Below, piece after piece: positions 37,123-47,667 of a DNA stretch of 64,000 nt. The stretch lies in IMG/VR virus record IMGVR_UViG_3300011187_000003, positions 23,726-87,725 of that record. The stretch is one strand, 5' to 3'. Within the stretch, counting starts at the first letter, position 1; each line of letters opens with the position of its first letter. The DNA is from a virus. Below the pieces are notes generated by a model. That model had not been told where the DNA came from. It ran no database searches and saw only the letters and a program-made list of their open reading frames with translations. Position numbers and translations under genes: made by a program.

Positions 37123-37349
37123 TGGAAGAAGAAGAGCTTGAGAATCTTGAGTACAATATTTATGAAGATATTATAGAGGATGCTAATAATGGAGATGAGA
37201 TTGCTTCTTCAAAAATGGTTGCAATCCAAATTGGTAATTTTTATCAAACGCTCCTTGAAGAAGGAGTGGGTGAAAACTTAGCCTATGAGTTAACATTTAT
37301 GTTTGCTAGCCAGCTTATGGGTGTGGAAGATGATGGTATTCCATTCTAA
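37122..37349 (+). CDS. Acidic hypothetical protein
   Basis: Coupled to dnaE; ends DDGIPF (SSB-tail-like). Confidence 0.55.
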   Translation: MEEEELENLEYNIYEDIIEDANNGDEIASSKMVAIQIGNFYQTLLEEGVGENLAYELTFMFASQLMGVEDDGIPF

Positions 37350-37359
37350 ATAATGGATA

Positions 37360-37387
37360 ATGTCGCATAATATAAATTATATGGACA
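37360..37387. other. dif-like Xer recombination site 2
   Basis: ATGTCGCATAA-TATAAA-TTATATGGACA (11-6-11), intergenic. Confidence 0.6.
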
Positions 37388-37632
37388 TTTAAAATTGATG
37401 TTTTATAACTCAAGTTAGCATTATTAAGATATAGGGAGGATTAGAGAGCCTCCCTCCCCTTGATTTTATTGAATGTGAACTATTAAATAAATCAGCTTAA
37501 TCTTAGCTGAGAGCTTCTCAAGTGCTAAGAGAGTTTATAATTAGGTTATAGGGGAAAAATTAATATAAATGTGAATAAATAAAATACATAGTACAGTAAT
37601 AAGTTTTTAATAATAATAAGAGGAGAGATAAG

Positions 37633-37824
37633 ATGTCAAAAATAGCAACATTATTAATACTTGCACTTCAAGTTATGGGTAGCCTTTCTCTTTTGGGGAA
37701 AGCTGTCACTGGTGAGAGAGAGTACAAACATAAAGACTCTTCTGACTTTTATGCTGAATTTATAGTTAGTTTACTTTGGATAGCTTGGTTGGTAAATATT
37801 GCCAGCAAGCTTCAATACATATAA
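37633..37824 (+). CDS. Small membrane protein (2 TM)
   Basis: GAGGAG RBS. Confidence 0.55.
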   Translation: MSKIATLLILALQVMGSLSLLGKAVTGEREYKHKDSSDFYAEFIVSLLWIAWLVNIASKLQYI

Positions 37825-37836
37825 GGGGGGTAATTA

Positions 37837-38472
37837 ATGGCAACAGAGGTAAAACCACAAGCAGAACTATTAGATTATTTAGGGGATTCAGAATTAAATG
37901 TGGCAACATCAGCTAGGTTAACTCATTCTGATAAATCACCTGAAGAAATAAAAGGAGATATGAGTGAAGAGACAAAAGAGAGAATGGTCAAGTATATGAT
38001 TGAGCTAGGACATGATTCAACATTAGAAAATTCCTTCTTTTACTTTAAGATTAGATGTTCTAGGGTTGCTAGTCACCAGCTAGTGAGACATAGAATAGGG
38101 GTGAGCGTGGCACAGCGTAGTCAACGCTATGTAGAAGAAGATGATTTTGAGTTTATTGTTCCACCAACAATTAAAGGGAATAAAGCAGAATATGAAATGT
38201 TTATAGACCATATGGAATATAGTCGTAACCTCTATCAGCACTATAGAAGTGTTGGTATTCCAAAGGAGGATGCAAGGTTTATTCTGCCACAAATAGCAAC
38301 CTACTTAACAGTAGGGTTTAACGCTAGAGCATTGAGACATTTTCTAAAGTTAAGACTTGATAAAACAGCTCAATGGGAAATTCGCCAGCTGGCAGAACAA
38401 ATACTGAAGCAAGTTAAAGAAGTAACACCAAACTTATTCCATGACCTTGAATTACAGGAGGAGAATAATTAA
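37837..38472 (+). CDS. thyX: FAD-dependent thymidylate synthase
   Basis: SRVASHQLVRHR…QRSQRY, EDARFILP, AQWEIR. Confidence 0.95.
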   Translation: MATEVKPQAELLDYLGDSELNVATSARLTHSDKSPEEIKGDMSEETKERMVKYMIELGHDSTLENSFFYFKIRCSRVASHQLVRHRIGVSVAQRSQRYVEEDDFEFIVPPTIKGNKAEYEMFIDHMEYSRNLYQHYRSVGIPKEDARFILPQIATYLTVGFNARALRHFLKLRLDKTAQWEIRQLAEQILKQVKEVTPNLFHDLELQEENN

Positions 38473-39618
38473 ATGGGGCAAAAAACATATACAGTCTTAG
38501 ACACAAGTGTTCTTTTAGATAATCCTAATGTTTTATATGAAGTAGACAATCCACTCGTTCCATACTGTGTTCTTAGTGAGGTTGATGACAAAAAGACTCA
38601 TAAGTATGTTGGGTTTAAAGCTAGAGAAGTTGTTAGAACTATACTAGGCTCAGATAGGATTGAATGTACTGAGCTAGATGTATCTGCTAAAGAAACAGAT
38701 GATAGATTAGTTAGAGTTTCAATTGAGGACAACATGAGAATTATTACTAATGATGGCGCATTGCATATGAAGGCAGTAGCAATTAGTGGAGATTCTACAT
38801 ATTATGACTTAGAAGATGTTGAGCAATATACAGGAGTGAAAAAAGTTTCATTCCCTGCAGAAACAGTTAATAGATTGCACGACAACCATCAGGCAAGTAA
38901 TCCTTTTGATGATTTATATCAGAATCAATTTGTAACAGATGGAAGGATGATAGCAAGGCACTATGAAGATGTCTTATATCTTGTAGGGAGGAATACAACA
39001 GTCAGAGGTATTAATGCTTTAAATGATAGGCAGTTAATGGCAACAGATTTAATTTACGACCCACTGGTAACAGTTGTGTCTATGCTAGGGTCAGCTGGAA
39101 CAGGTAAAACTAGCTTGGCTATTAATGGAGCTATGGACTTAGTTCAGAGTAACTCTTTTGAAAAGATAATCATAAGTCGACCCAAAATACAAAAAGGTGT
39201 CAATGAAGAAAAGCTAGGGTATTTATCAGGTGGTATTGAGGAAAAGTTATCACCATTCCTACAGCCATTCTTTGATAACCTAAGTAAAGATAATAGTCTT
39301 AACCTAATTGAAACTGAGCCACTTAGTATGGTGCAAGGTAGAGACTTAGAAAATAGTATTTGGATAATCACAGAGTTTCAGGATGTTAGACCACAAGATG
39401 TAGATGGTATTGTGGAAAGAGTTGGAAAAGGAAGCAAGTTAATTGTAGAAGGTGATATCAACCAAACATCAAGAAGCTACTTAAATAAATTTAATAATGG
39501 TTTGCTGTTTTTGGCAAATAACCTAAAAGAATCAGAGTTAACTAGTACAGTAACATTGGATGAAGTAATGAGAAGTGAGACAGCTAAGTTAGGTAAGCAA
39601 TTAAGGGAGTGTAGATAA
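38473..39618 (+). CDS. phoH: PIN-domain PhoH-family ATPase
   Basis: VLDTSVLL PIN; GSAGTGKT, LGYLSG, QGR, GD..Q. Confidence 0.88.
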   Translation: MGQKTYTVLDTSVLLDNPNVLYEVDNPLVPYCVLSEVDDKKTHKYVGFKAREVVRTILGSDRIECTELDVSAKETDDRLVRVSIEDNMRIITNDGALHMKAVAISGDSTYYDLEDVEQYTGVKKVSFPAETVNRLHDNHQASNPFDDLYQNQFVTDGRMIARHYEDVLYLVGRNTTVRGINALNDRQLMATDLIYDPLVTVVSMLGSAGTGKTSLAINGAMDLVQSNSFEKIIISRPKIQKGVNEEKLGYLSGGIEEKLSPFLQPFFDNLSKDNSLNLIETEPLSMVQGRDLENSIWIITEFQDVRPQDVDGIVERVGKGSKLIVEGDINQTSRSYLNKFNNGLLFLANNLKESELTSTVTLDEVMRSETAKLGKQLRECR

Positions 39619-39782
39619 TGTTTAAAATACTTTTATCGTTAATTAGTTATACAATTGAAGGTGGATTTTTTACTTTGGTCGCTATGTCTATTACACAGGG
39701 TGACTGGTGGTATACATTCAGCTTCTCCACTTTATTAGTCTTTTGGTCAATTGCAATTTATTTTGCAATCACAGGGGAGTAG
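39618..39782 (+). CDS. Small membrane protein (54 aa)
   Basis: Coupled, two hydrophobic stretches. Confidence 0.45.
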   Translation: MFKILLSLISYTIEGGFFTLVAMSITQGDWWYTFSFSTLLVFWSIAIYFAITGE

Positions 39783-39791
39783 ATATTATAA

Positions 39792-40364
39792 ATGACTGAG
39801 ACAGGAGAGATTATAATAGATATAAAAGAAAATGGAGAAAATCGTTACAATGACCTATGGGAACAAGTTAAGAGGTTAGTTTTTAGTATTGCCTTTGACT
39901 ACGCAAGGAAGTATGATTTTGAGTTTGATGATGTGAAGCAAAATGCTTATATAGCTTGGAAGAGTTTGTCAGAAGGTTTTAGTATGAATAAGATGACAGA
40001 AGGGAACATTGAATCCAACTACATAAGTTACATAAATAAGTATTTACCTAAAAGACTACATAATTATGCTGAAGATTACTCAATGTTTAATGATTGGAAG
40101 ATTATGTCTTATGACCAATTTAGTGACCCTTGCTTCCTTTCAGATGAACTTGTTGATGAAGGACATGGGGAATTAGATGATACAGTTATAATGACCATTG
40201 AGAATAACCTAGATAAGTTGACTGAGAAAGAAAAAGAAACTTACTTCTTGCTGAAGGAAGGATATAGGCAGGTGGATATTGCAAATAAATTAGACTTAGC
40301 AAGGTCTACAGTCCATGCTCGCAAAGAAAGATTATTTAAAAAAGTTAAAAAGATTGCAATGTAA
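39792..40364 (+). CDS. Second sigma-70 family sigma factor (late?)
   Basis: FDDVKQNAYIA region 2; LTEKEK…GYRQVDIANKLDLARSTV region 4; precedes the virion operon. Confidence 0.75.
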   Translation: MTETGEIIIDIKENGENRYNDLWEQVKRLVFSIAFDYARKYDFEFDDVKQNAYIAWKSLSEGFSMNKMTEGNIESNYISYINKYLPKRLHNYAEDYSMFNDWKIMSYDQFSDPCFLSDELVDEGHGELDDTVIMTIENNLDKLTEKEKETYFLLKEGYRQVDIANKLDLARSTVHARKERLFKKVKKIAM

Positions 40365-40500
40365 TGTCTAACAAAAGTCAGGCACCCCATGTTGTATGTT
40401 AGTGAAATTTGACAGCGATATATCGCACCAACTAAAAAGGGTGCTAATATACAAAAATAGATTATATATAATGTAGAGTTTTTTAAGAAGTAACTATGGA

Positions 40501-40536
40501 GAGAGTAAGTTAAAGAAAACACTTACTCTCTTTTTT
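40501..40536 (+). terminator. Rho-independent terminator
   Basis: GAGAGTAAGT…ACTTACTCTC-TTTTTT. Confidence 0.7.
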
Positions 40537-40581
40537 ATAATATTAAAGTTTTCAGAATATTAAAATAATTGAGGTTAAAGT

Positions 40582-40974
40582 ATGAATAGCTTTAATGGGA
40601 ACATGGCTGAAGTTACATTTTTAAAGCAAACAATGGAGAAAGGTTATACAATATCTAAGCCTGTAGTTGGCGAATATAAGTATGATTTCATTGTGGATAG
40701 CCATAAACTATATAGAGTACAAGTAAAGTCAACAAATAATTTTTCAGAAAGAAATTCTCGCTATAAGGTAAATGTAGCTTATGGTGGAGATACTAAGAGG
40801 GTTTATACAGCTGACCAAATAGATATATTTGCAATCTATGTGAGGGAAAGAGATGAGTGGTATTTGATGCCAGTTAATGATGTAAACACTAAAACTCTTA
40901 ACCTATACCCACATAGAGAGAGCAATGGTACTTTTGAAAAGTACAAAAATAAATGGGATATTTTCTCAAGGTAA
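40582..40974 (+). CDS. PD-(D/E)XK endonuclease (group I intron-associated/PDDEXK_5-like)
   Basis: G..AE…YDFIVD…RVQVKS…Y…IDIFA. Confidence 0.8.
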   Translation: MNSFNGNMAEVTFLKQTMEKGYTISKPVVGEYKYDFIVDSHKLYRVQVKSTNNFSERNSRYKVNVAYGGDTKRVYTADQIDIFAIYVRERDEWYLMPVNDVNTKTLNLYPHRESNGTFEKYKNKWDIFSR

Positions 40975-41030
40975 GGTGATTGTTTTTGGCGTTTTCTTCA
41001 TGGAAATATAAGAAGTATAAAGAGGATGTA

Positions 41031-41777
41031 ATGAGTGATGAACTTATTGCAGATGCTTTGGAATTACTCAAAAAAAGATATGACAAAATGGCTAATTGGT
41101 TACAGGAGAATGACCCTGTAGATAAATGCCCTGAGTGTTCCTCTACTGAGATAAAGTATGTGCATGATGGAGCTATCTGTAAAGAGTGTGACCATAAGAT
41201 TAACGAGAAGGTTCCTTATCCTGTGAAGGGTGGAGTTGTCGCTAGTCGTAAGATGGAAAGCGTAATTAAAGAGGTATTCGCTAGTCGAATGGAAGAACAG
41301 CGAAGAACTGAAGAGCCTCCTGAAGATGCTTTAGCCAGTATGCCTTTTGAGATAGAAGGGTTTGATACTGGAGAGTACACTGAGGAGCAGGTCAGATACC
41401 TCAACAAAAGATATAAGACTCTACTTCAAGAGAACAATATCCAAAATGAAGTTGATAAGTTTTATGTACGCTCTTTGGTAGTTAGGGAATTAAAACTAAT
41501 GATGCTAGAGAGAAGAGATGCTGTCAAAGGTGATGTTGATAGTATGGATATCAAAAGGCAATATAAGATTTACAATGATTTATCAGATAAATTAAAAGCT
41601 AATCGTTCTTCTCGTTCAGATACTGAAGAGGAAAGCTTCTTCTCAGATATGGAAGATATGCTGGAAGAAGAAGATATGGAAGATATTCTTGCTCAATACA
41701 ATAAAGAAGAAGAAGCAAGAAAAGAATATAGAGAGAAGGCGAAAAAGAGAAAAGAGGAAGTAGGAAATCCCTACTAA
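41031..41777 (+). CDS. Putative terminase small subunit (zinc ribbon)
   Basis: CPEC…CKEC; immediately upstream of TerL. Confidence 0.5.
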   Translation: MSDELIADALELLKKRYDKMANWLQENDPVDKCPECSSTEIKYVHDGAICKECDHKINEKVPYPVKGGVVASRKMESVIKEVFASRMEEQRRTEEPPEDALASMPFEIEGFDTGEYTEEQVRYLNKRYKTLLQENNIQNEVDKFYVRSLVVRELKLMMLERRDAVKGDVDSMDIKRQYKIYNDLSDKLKANRSSRSDTEEESFFSDMEDMLEEEDMEDILAQYNKEEEARKEYREKAKKRKEEVGNPY

Positions 41778-41795
41778 GAAATGTGGTGATAGGTA

Positions 41796-43448
41796 TTGAA
41801 GGATGATAAAAGAAAAGAAGTATATAAATTAATAGAGGCATCCAAATATAATCCTGTAATTGGAGCAGAGAGGTTACTTAATCTTGACCTTCCATACCAT
41901 CAGCAAGACATGCTCAAGAGAGGATGGACTCACAAGTTCCCTATTTACTTGTGTAGCAGGCGTACTGGAAAGACATTTGTAATGGCTATTATGAGTGCCT
42001 TGAAAGGTAGTTTGTATCCTCAAATAAAGATAGGAATTGTTGCTCCTGTATTTAGACAGGCTAAAACAGTTTTTCTTGAGATAGTTGACCTTATTAAGCG
42101 AAGCCCTTTTTTGCAGGCTCAAATAGATGGTGAGCCAAAAAGAGGAGCTTCAGAGTGGACTATTTCATTTAAGAATGGAAGTATTATTACAGCACTTCCA
42201 TTATCAGATAATATTCGTTCAAAAGGATTCAACTTCATAATCATTGATGAGTATGGTTATGGAGATAATATGAATCAGATGGTAGGAAGAATTATTGAGC
42301 CTATGGTTTTTACAAAAAGAGAGATTAAAGTAAATGGTGATGTCCACCCTACAGACATAGGTAACCAACTACTAATTGCTTCTACAGCAACTTTTAAATT
42401 TAATGATTACTACAAAAAACTTAAAGAGTATGAAGAAAAAATGGATGAAGGTAAAGACCAATATGATATTATTTCATATGACTACAGAGATGGTCTTGAG
42501 TCAGGAATATTTGAGAAAGAGCAGGTTATTGAAAAGTTTGAGAATAGTGATAGCCTAACACAGAAGATGGAGTACTTAAATATATTCCCTGATGATGAAG
42601 GTTCATTCATTAGCTATGAGCTACTACAGAAATATGCAATAGATACTGAGGAACAAATAATTAAAGATGAAGATGGAGAGGTTAAAAATGTAATCCCTCC
42701 TAAGACTCAAGTAGAGTTTGAGCAGGAAACTGATGAGCAGGGCAATCCAACACATGAATATATATTGGCATTTGATGATGCTGATGTTGGAGATAACTTT
42801 GCAATAGCAATGATTAAGATGGATGGAAGCACCAAGAGAATTGTAAGAATTGTTGCTATGAACAGTGTGCCTATTCAAGAAAAGATAATAAAAATTAGAG
42901 AACTTTTAAGGCATTTTAATATTGCTCGTATTGTTTGTGACCAAAGACATAAAAATATTAAAGATAACTTAGCAAAACCATATAGATACTCTGATGGAAG
43001 CAAAGGCAAAATCATCTTAGACAGAGATGACCTAGAGCAAGAGAAATATGTAAATAGAGAATATCCTAATACAGATACAGAAAAACTTATAAAGGTACAT
43101 AACTTTGCAGGCTCGACAAATGAAATGAGAGCCAAGCACCTATTAGGTGAAATAGAGAATGGTAGAGTTAAATTCCCAGCTCCTGTTGGAGCAAAATCAA
43201 AGCAAGAAGAAGATACTATTGAAGAGTTTAAGAAAACATGGTCAGAGATAGCAAGTATTCAAGCGACCACAAATGGGAAGTATATCAAATTCTCAACTCC
43301 ATCTAGGACAATGAAAAAGGATAGATGGACAGTAACAGAGCTTGGAGTTTATATGGCAGATGAATATCAGAAAGAATCCACCAAAAGAAACAATGATGTT
43401 TACATGGGTGGATGGAACACTGGAAACAGAAGAGGGGGTGTCATTTAG
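41796..43448 (+). CDS. terL: Terminase large subunit
   Basis: SRRTGKT Walker A, IIDE Walker B, ASTA, nuclease AFD and KKDR. Confidence 0.9.
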   Translation: MKDDKRKEVYKLIEASKYNPVIGAERLLNLDLPYHQQDMLKRGWTHKFPIYLCSRRTGKTFVMAIMSALKGSLYPQIKIGIVAPVFRQAKTVFLEIVDLIKRSPFLQAQIDGEPKRGASEWTISFKNGSIITALPLSDNIRSKGFNFIIIDEYGYGDNMNQMVGRIIEPMVFTKREIKVNGDVHPTDIGNQLLIASTATFKFNDYYKKLKEYEEKMDEGKDQYDIISYDYRDGLESGIFEKEQVIEKFENSDSLTQKMEYLNIFPDDEGSFISYELLQKYAIDTEEQIIKDEDGEVKNVIPPKTQVEFEQETDEQGNPTHEYILAFDDADVGDNFAIAMIKMDGSTKRIVRIVAMNSVPIQEKIIKIRELLRHFNIARIVCDQRHKNIKDNLAKPYRYSDGSKGKIILDRDDLEQEKYVNREYPNTDTEKLIKVHNFAGSTNEMRAKHLLGEIENGRVKFPAPVGAKSKQEEDTIEEFKKTWSEIASIQATTNGKYIKFSTPSRTMKKDRWTVTELGVYMADEYQKESTKRNNDVYMGGWNTGNRRGGVI

Positions 43449-43451
43449 ATA

Positions 43452-44843
43452 GTGGCAGAAAATGAAGTTAATGAAGAAGATACAAAAGTAGCAATGGGGT
43501 CTTTTAATCATTACGACATGAACATGGAGGATTATGAACAACCCTCTTTAACTGAAATACTTAGACCTAAGCGTAGAAAAAAGAAGCTTGAAAAAGCTAG
43601 AGACTATGTTTGGACAAATGGTTTGCTGTTCAGAATTATAAAGCTCAAAGTTGATTTCGCTTCAGCTGGCCTACAACCAGTACATGAAGATGAAGAAGTT
43701 GAGCAGTTTTACAAAGACATTTATGAAGAAATAGATATTGACCAATTTGTTCGCAATGCTGTGTATGAACATGAGGTAGTTGGCGAATGGTACCCCTACT
43801 ACACATGGGAAGATGGTAAACCAACAAATATTTCACTGCTAGACCCTGATTTAGTTGAAGTTGACAAAGTGTTTGATAAAGACATTTTGTATATGAAACC
43901 ACCTAGTGGTTTGCAAAGAGCATTGAATAATTTTAGTGATTTGTCAGCTAAACAAAAGAGAGATATTAAAAAGAGAGTACCTAATGGAGTACTTAAGAAG
44001 TGGAAGAATGGAGAGACAGTTCCACTAAGTGAGGAAAATGCTAGAAGGTATTATAATCTTAAATCTGATTATGATAAATATGCTCACTCTCCAATTGAGC
44101 CTATTTTCAATGACCTTGAAATTTACAAGACTTTACAGGAGGCTGACTATGCAACAGCTAAGAAGTTGAAGCAGTTAATCCTACATGTTCGTGTAGGTGG
44201 CAAAGATTACAATGATGGTCAACCTGTTGATAAGGATTTAATTGACCAAACTATTAATATGTTCAATAACCCTTCTAAAAACATGGAAGTATTCACACAA
44301 TATTTTGTGGATGCTGAGTACATTATTCCTGATATGGATGTATTTACAGAAGATAAATATGCTAATGCAATTAGTAATATTGTCAACTGGTCAGGGGTTA
44401 ATGTGATGGTCGAACAAGGTGGAAGTTACTCTCAAGGATATATAAAAGTTAAGGGCTTAAAACAGGCTGTAAACAATGCTAGAAAGGCTGTAAAGAAAGC
44501 TCTTAATGACTTAAATAAATTAATTGCTGAAAAGAACAATCTAAAGTATTATGGGAAGCTAAAAACTCCTGATATTAAATTTAGCAACAATGCATTAAAG
44601 GACGATAAAGAGGTTAGGCAAAGCGTTCAATTCCTTTACAAGCATGGGATTCTTAGTGCTGACGATACACTTGATGCATTTGGTTATAGTATGGATAGAC
44701 AGATGAGAAAGAAAGAGGATGAAGAGGAGTATGAAGATTTAATAAGGATTCCATTTGAGCCTAGTCAGGGCTTAGTGGGAGAAGAGGAAATTCCTAATAA
44801 TCAGAATAATAACCCACAAGATAACAATCAACCAAGACCTTAG
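43452..44843 (+). CDS. Portal protein
   Basis: Follows TerL, 463 aa, LDP..V and GILS..T motifs. Confidence 0.75.
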   Translation: MAENEVNEEDTKVAMGSFNHYDMNMEDYEQPSLTEILRPKRRKKKLEKARDYVWTNGLLFRIIKLKVDFASAGLQPVHEDEEVEQFYKDIYEEIDIDQFVRNAVYEHEVVGEWYPYYTWEDGKPTNISLLDPDLVEVDKVFDKDILYMKPPSGLQRALNNFSDLSAKQKRDIKKRVPNGVLKKWKNGETVPLSEENARRYYNLKSDYDKYAHSPIEPIFNDLEIYKTLQEADYATAKKLKQLILHVRVGGKDYNDGQPVDKDLIDQTINMFNNPSKNMEVFTQYFVDAEYIIPDMDVFTEDKYANAISNIVNWSGVNVMVEQGGSYSQGYIKVKGLKQAVNNARKAVKKALNDLNKLIAEKNNLKYYGKLKTPDIKFSNNALKDDKEVRQSVQFLYKHGILSADDTLDAFGYSMDRQMRKKEDEEEYEDLIRIPFEPSQGLVGEEEIPNNQNNNPQDNNQPRP

Positions 44844-44864
44844 AATAAGGGGGTGAGATAACAG

Positions 44865-45974
44865 TTGAAACTTAAGACAAAGAGTTTAAAGGCAAAAGTT
44901 ACTAACATCAAAACTACTACTGCCAGTAGTAAAGAGGGCAGTTACGACAAAATGTATATTACATTCAACTTACTCCACACCCTTCCAGTTGTCAATGCGA
45001 ATGGTAGCACATTTGACCCTGAAGCAACACAGAAAGCTGTTGATACAGTGGTAGATGGGTACTTAAACATTGAGCATCTGCAAGGTTTTAATGTTGGTTC
45101 AGTTGTAGAGGCTGAGTATAAAACCAACGATAATGATGTTGGGTATATTGAATGTTTAGGTGTAGTTTGGAAGAGTAGCCTGAAGGAGTACCAAGTAAAC
45201 CCTCAAGAAATATTAGATGGTAAGTTTGATATTTCAATGGAGGTTGCTTACACAGACTTCTATTTCTTACATGGTGATGAGAAAAAATTAGCTGATGGGA
45301 ATGAGCATTTAGAGAACTACATAGGTGAAGAGTTTGAAGATGAAGAAGTAGTTGAAGTGATTAAGCCTTTAGAGTTAAAAGGTGGTGCATTAACTGAAAC
45401 ACCAGCTGATAAAGGTGCAATCATAAAAGATGTTAGAGCTAAAGTTGCAAGTTTAGACAAAGATGATGATGGCGATAATGACGACAATACCTTAAAAGGA
45501 GGCAATCAAGATATGTTTAAAGAGTTTGAAACAGAAGAAGAGTATAATCAACACTTAGAAGATGTAAGACAAGGTTATGCAAAGGTAGAAGATATTCTAT
45601 CTAAATTCCCTGAAGATTTACAAGGTGATGATGTAGAAGATGTTGTTGAGGAAGTTGCTGGTTTAAAGAGTGACCTTAAAAAAACACAGGCTAGTTTTGA
45701 AGAGTATAAGAAAGAAGTACTGTTCAAAGAGAGAAAAGCTTCTTTAGAAGAAGTTGATATTGAGGTAGTTGAAGAGGATAAAGAAGAAATTATCAATATG
45801 TCAGAAGCTACTTTTGATATGCTTGTTGAGTCTAATAAAGATAAGTTAGACCAAGTAAATGAGAGCAATGCTTCTACTAATGATGACAGTGATGAAGGGA
45901 AGCTTGATGCAAACATTCAGCAGTCTTTCAGTAATGAAGATGTTGATGTAGATACAGCTGTTGATAGTCTTTAA
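44865..45974 (+). CDS. Prohead protease-scaffold
   Basis: NANG…EH…VG…ISMEV protease-like N-terminus; acidic helical C-terminus. Confidence 0.7.
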   Translation: MKLKTKSLKAKVTNIKTTTASSKEGSYDKMYITFNLLHTLPVVNANGSTFDPEATQKAVDTVVDGYLNIEHLQGFNVGSVVEAEYKTNDNDVGYIECLGVVWKSSLKEYQVNPQEILDGKFDISMEVAYTDFYFLHGDEKKLADGNEHLENYIGEEFEDEEVVEVIKPLELKGGALTETPADKGAIIKDVRAKVASLDKDDDGDNDDNTLKGGNQDMFKEFETEEEYNQHLEDVRQGYAKVEDILSKFPEDLQGDDVEDVVEEVAGLKSDLKKTQASFEEYKKEVLFKERKASLEEVDIEVVEEDKEEIINMSEATFDMLVESNKDKLDQVNESNASTNDDSDEGKLDANIQQSFSNEDVDVDTAVDSL

Positions 45975-46006
45975 AAATAATTTTAAAAATAAGGAGTGAA
46001 TAAATA

Positions 46007-46498
46007 ATGAAAGAAATGAGAACAGCGTTTGAATTTGGATTTAGTATAAAAGGCAAAAGAAGAGGAGATGTAGGAGAGGACTTAGTTGGTATCTTTAAGG
46101 CACCTGCTGATATGGCTACTCCTACTTACGAAGGTACTCCTCTTGATATTGATACTGCTAATGATGGATATGTAAAAGTTACTGCAGATGGTGAGAGACC
46201 TGAGTTTCTACTTACTTCAAGAGTTAATGATGCACTGGAAGACATTCATATGTATGAAGGTATTATTAAGCTAGATGAAACACAGCCTGATGAACCTGTA
46301 ACAATGGTTAGATTTAAGAAGGGTGCTATTATTAGAACTGCACTTATTAAAGATGGTTATACTCCAACAGCAGGAGATGAAGTATACTATGAAGCTGGTG
46401 AGCTGACAGATACTGACCCAACTGGAGATACCTCTGGTGTAGTTGTTGGTGAAGTTAAGCAAGTTATTGATGGAAGAGTAAGAGTACTTTTAAAGTAA
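46007..46498 (+). CDS. Head decoration/cement protein
   Basis: Between scaffold and MCP; GD.VY…G.V beta pattern. Confidence 0.55.
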   Translation: MKEMRTAFEFGFSIKGKRRGDVGEDLVGIFKAPADMATPTYEGTPLDIDTANDGYVKVTADGERPEFLLTSRVNDALEDIHMYEGIIKLDETQPDEPVTMVRFKKGAIIRTALIKDGYTPTAGDEVYYEAGELTDTDPTGDTSGVVVGEVKQVIDGRVRVLLK

Positions 46499-46550
46499 AC
46501 AATCAGAATATTATAAATATTAAATAAATTTCTAAGGAGGAATAATTAAA

Positions 46551-47618
46551 ATGAGTAAAATTAAAACAAGATTAGCAAATAACCAAGATAGACTTGAAGG
46601 AAAAGCAAAAGCTAAAAAAGAAAGAGAAGAGAAAGCAAGCAGAGAAGATAAAGTAAAAACTCTGAAGGCTATGGCTGATGACAAAGATTTACAGACCCAG
46701 TTTGCAAGTAAGATTGCAGATAAAACTTCTGTAGGTATTGAAGGTCAGCTAATATTTTCTGATTTTCTAAATATGGGAACAATTGATACAGGTGAGCCAC
46801 TAATTTATACATTAGATGAACCTGTTGATAGAGCTTCTATCAATGAGATTTCCATGCAAGGTGGTAGACCTCGTGAGTCCATTGTCCAGAACGCTGACTA
46901 TGTAAGAGTTAATCCTTACCTAGTAAGTTCTCCTGAAGTTTCCATGAGCAAGTTCTCCTTAAGACAGGGTGATATCTCTGCTAAGGATAAAGCTCTTAAG
47001 AGACTTGAGAAAGCTGAAGCAAAAATGATGGATGAAGATGCTAAAAGCTTACTTGATGGTGGAATTACCACTGACTTTGCTGGCGTTGATGGGATTCATA
47101 TTGATGACAATGTAACTGAGTTCCCTGCAGGAAACAATAAAGATATGTCAGCTCAGGGTGGAATCACAATGGATATATTAAAAGAAATTGCTAGACATTC
47201 CAACCTGATTGGAAAGCGCATAAGAAATGTATATGTTCCATCCACAAGACTTACTGATGTTTGGGACTTCATGAGCTTACCAGCTGGATATGATGATGGC
47301 AGTGGTGTTGATGCAGATACTGTAGTCCCACAAGCAATGCATGAGCAGATTGTTCGTACAGGTACACTGAAGAATATCTTTGGTTATGATATGAATCTTA
47401 TTCCAGTAAATACTCTTAATGGAGACCCTAATAATGGAGATGTAAACATTTGGGTATCCACAACTGAGCCTGCTGGAGAGTACAGAGAGATTCCTAAGTT
47501 TACTAATACATACAATGATGAAGATGCAAAGCGTTTATACTTCACATTGAATAAAGCAATCGCTATGTTCCAAACTCCAAACCAGCGTCTAAATTATATG
47601 AAGATTCAGATTGCATAA
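46551..47618 (+). CDS. Major capsid protein
   Basis: 355 aa, AAGGAGG RBS, canonical position, terminator follows. Confidence 0.75.
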   Translation: MSKIKTRLANNQDRLEGKAKAKKEREEKASREDKVKTLKAMADDKDLQTQFASKIADKTSVGIEGQLIFSDFLNMGTIDTGEPLIYTLDEPVDRASINEISMQGGRPRESIVQNADYVRVNPYLVSSPEVSMSKFSLRQGDISAKDKALKRLEKAEAKMMDEDAKSLLDGGITTDFAGVDGIHIDDNVTEFPAGNNKDMSAQGGITMDILKEIARHSNLIGKRIRNVYVPSTRLTDVWDFMSLPAGYDDGSGVDADTVVPQAMHEQIVRTGTLKNIFGYDMNLIPVNTLNGDPNNGDVNIWVSTTEPAGEYREIPKFTNTYNDEDAKRLYFTLNKAIAMFQTPNQRLNYMKIQIA

Positions 47619-47636
47619 ATAAATAATTAAATAATA

Positions 47637-47667
47637 ATACAGGGGGAGTAATCTTCCTGTATATTTT
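47637..47667 (+). terminator. Terminator after MCP
   Basis: ATACAGG…CCTGTAT-ATTTT. Confidence 0.5.

Noticed and set aside
40365-41030. Group I intron around the PD-(D/E)XK nuclease
   Set aside because: No interrupted host gene or recognisable intron core; the nuclease looks free-standing.
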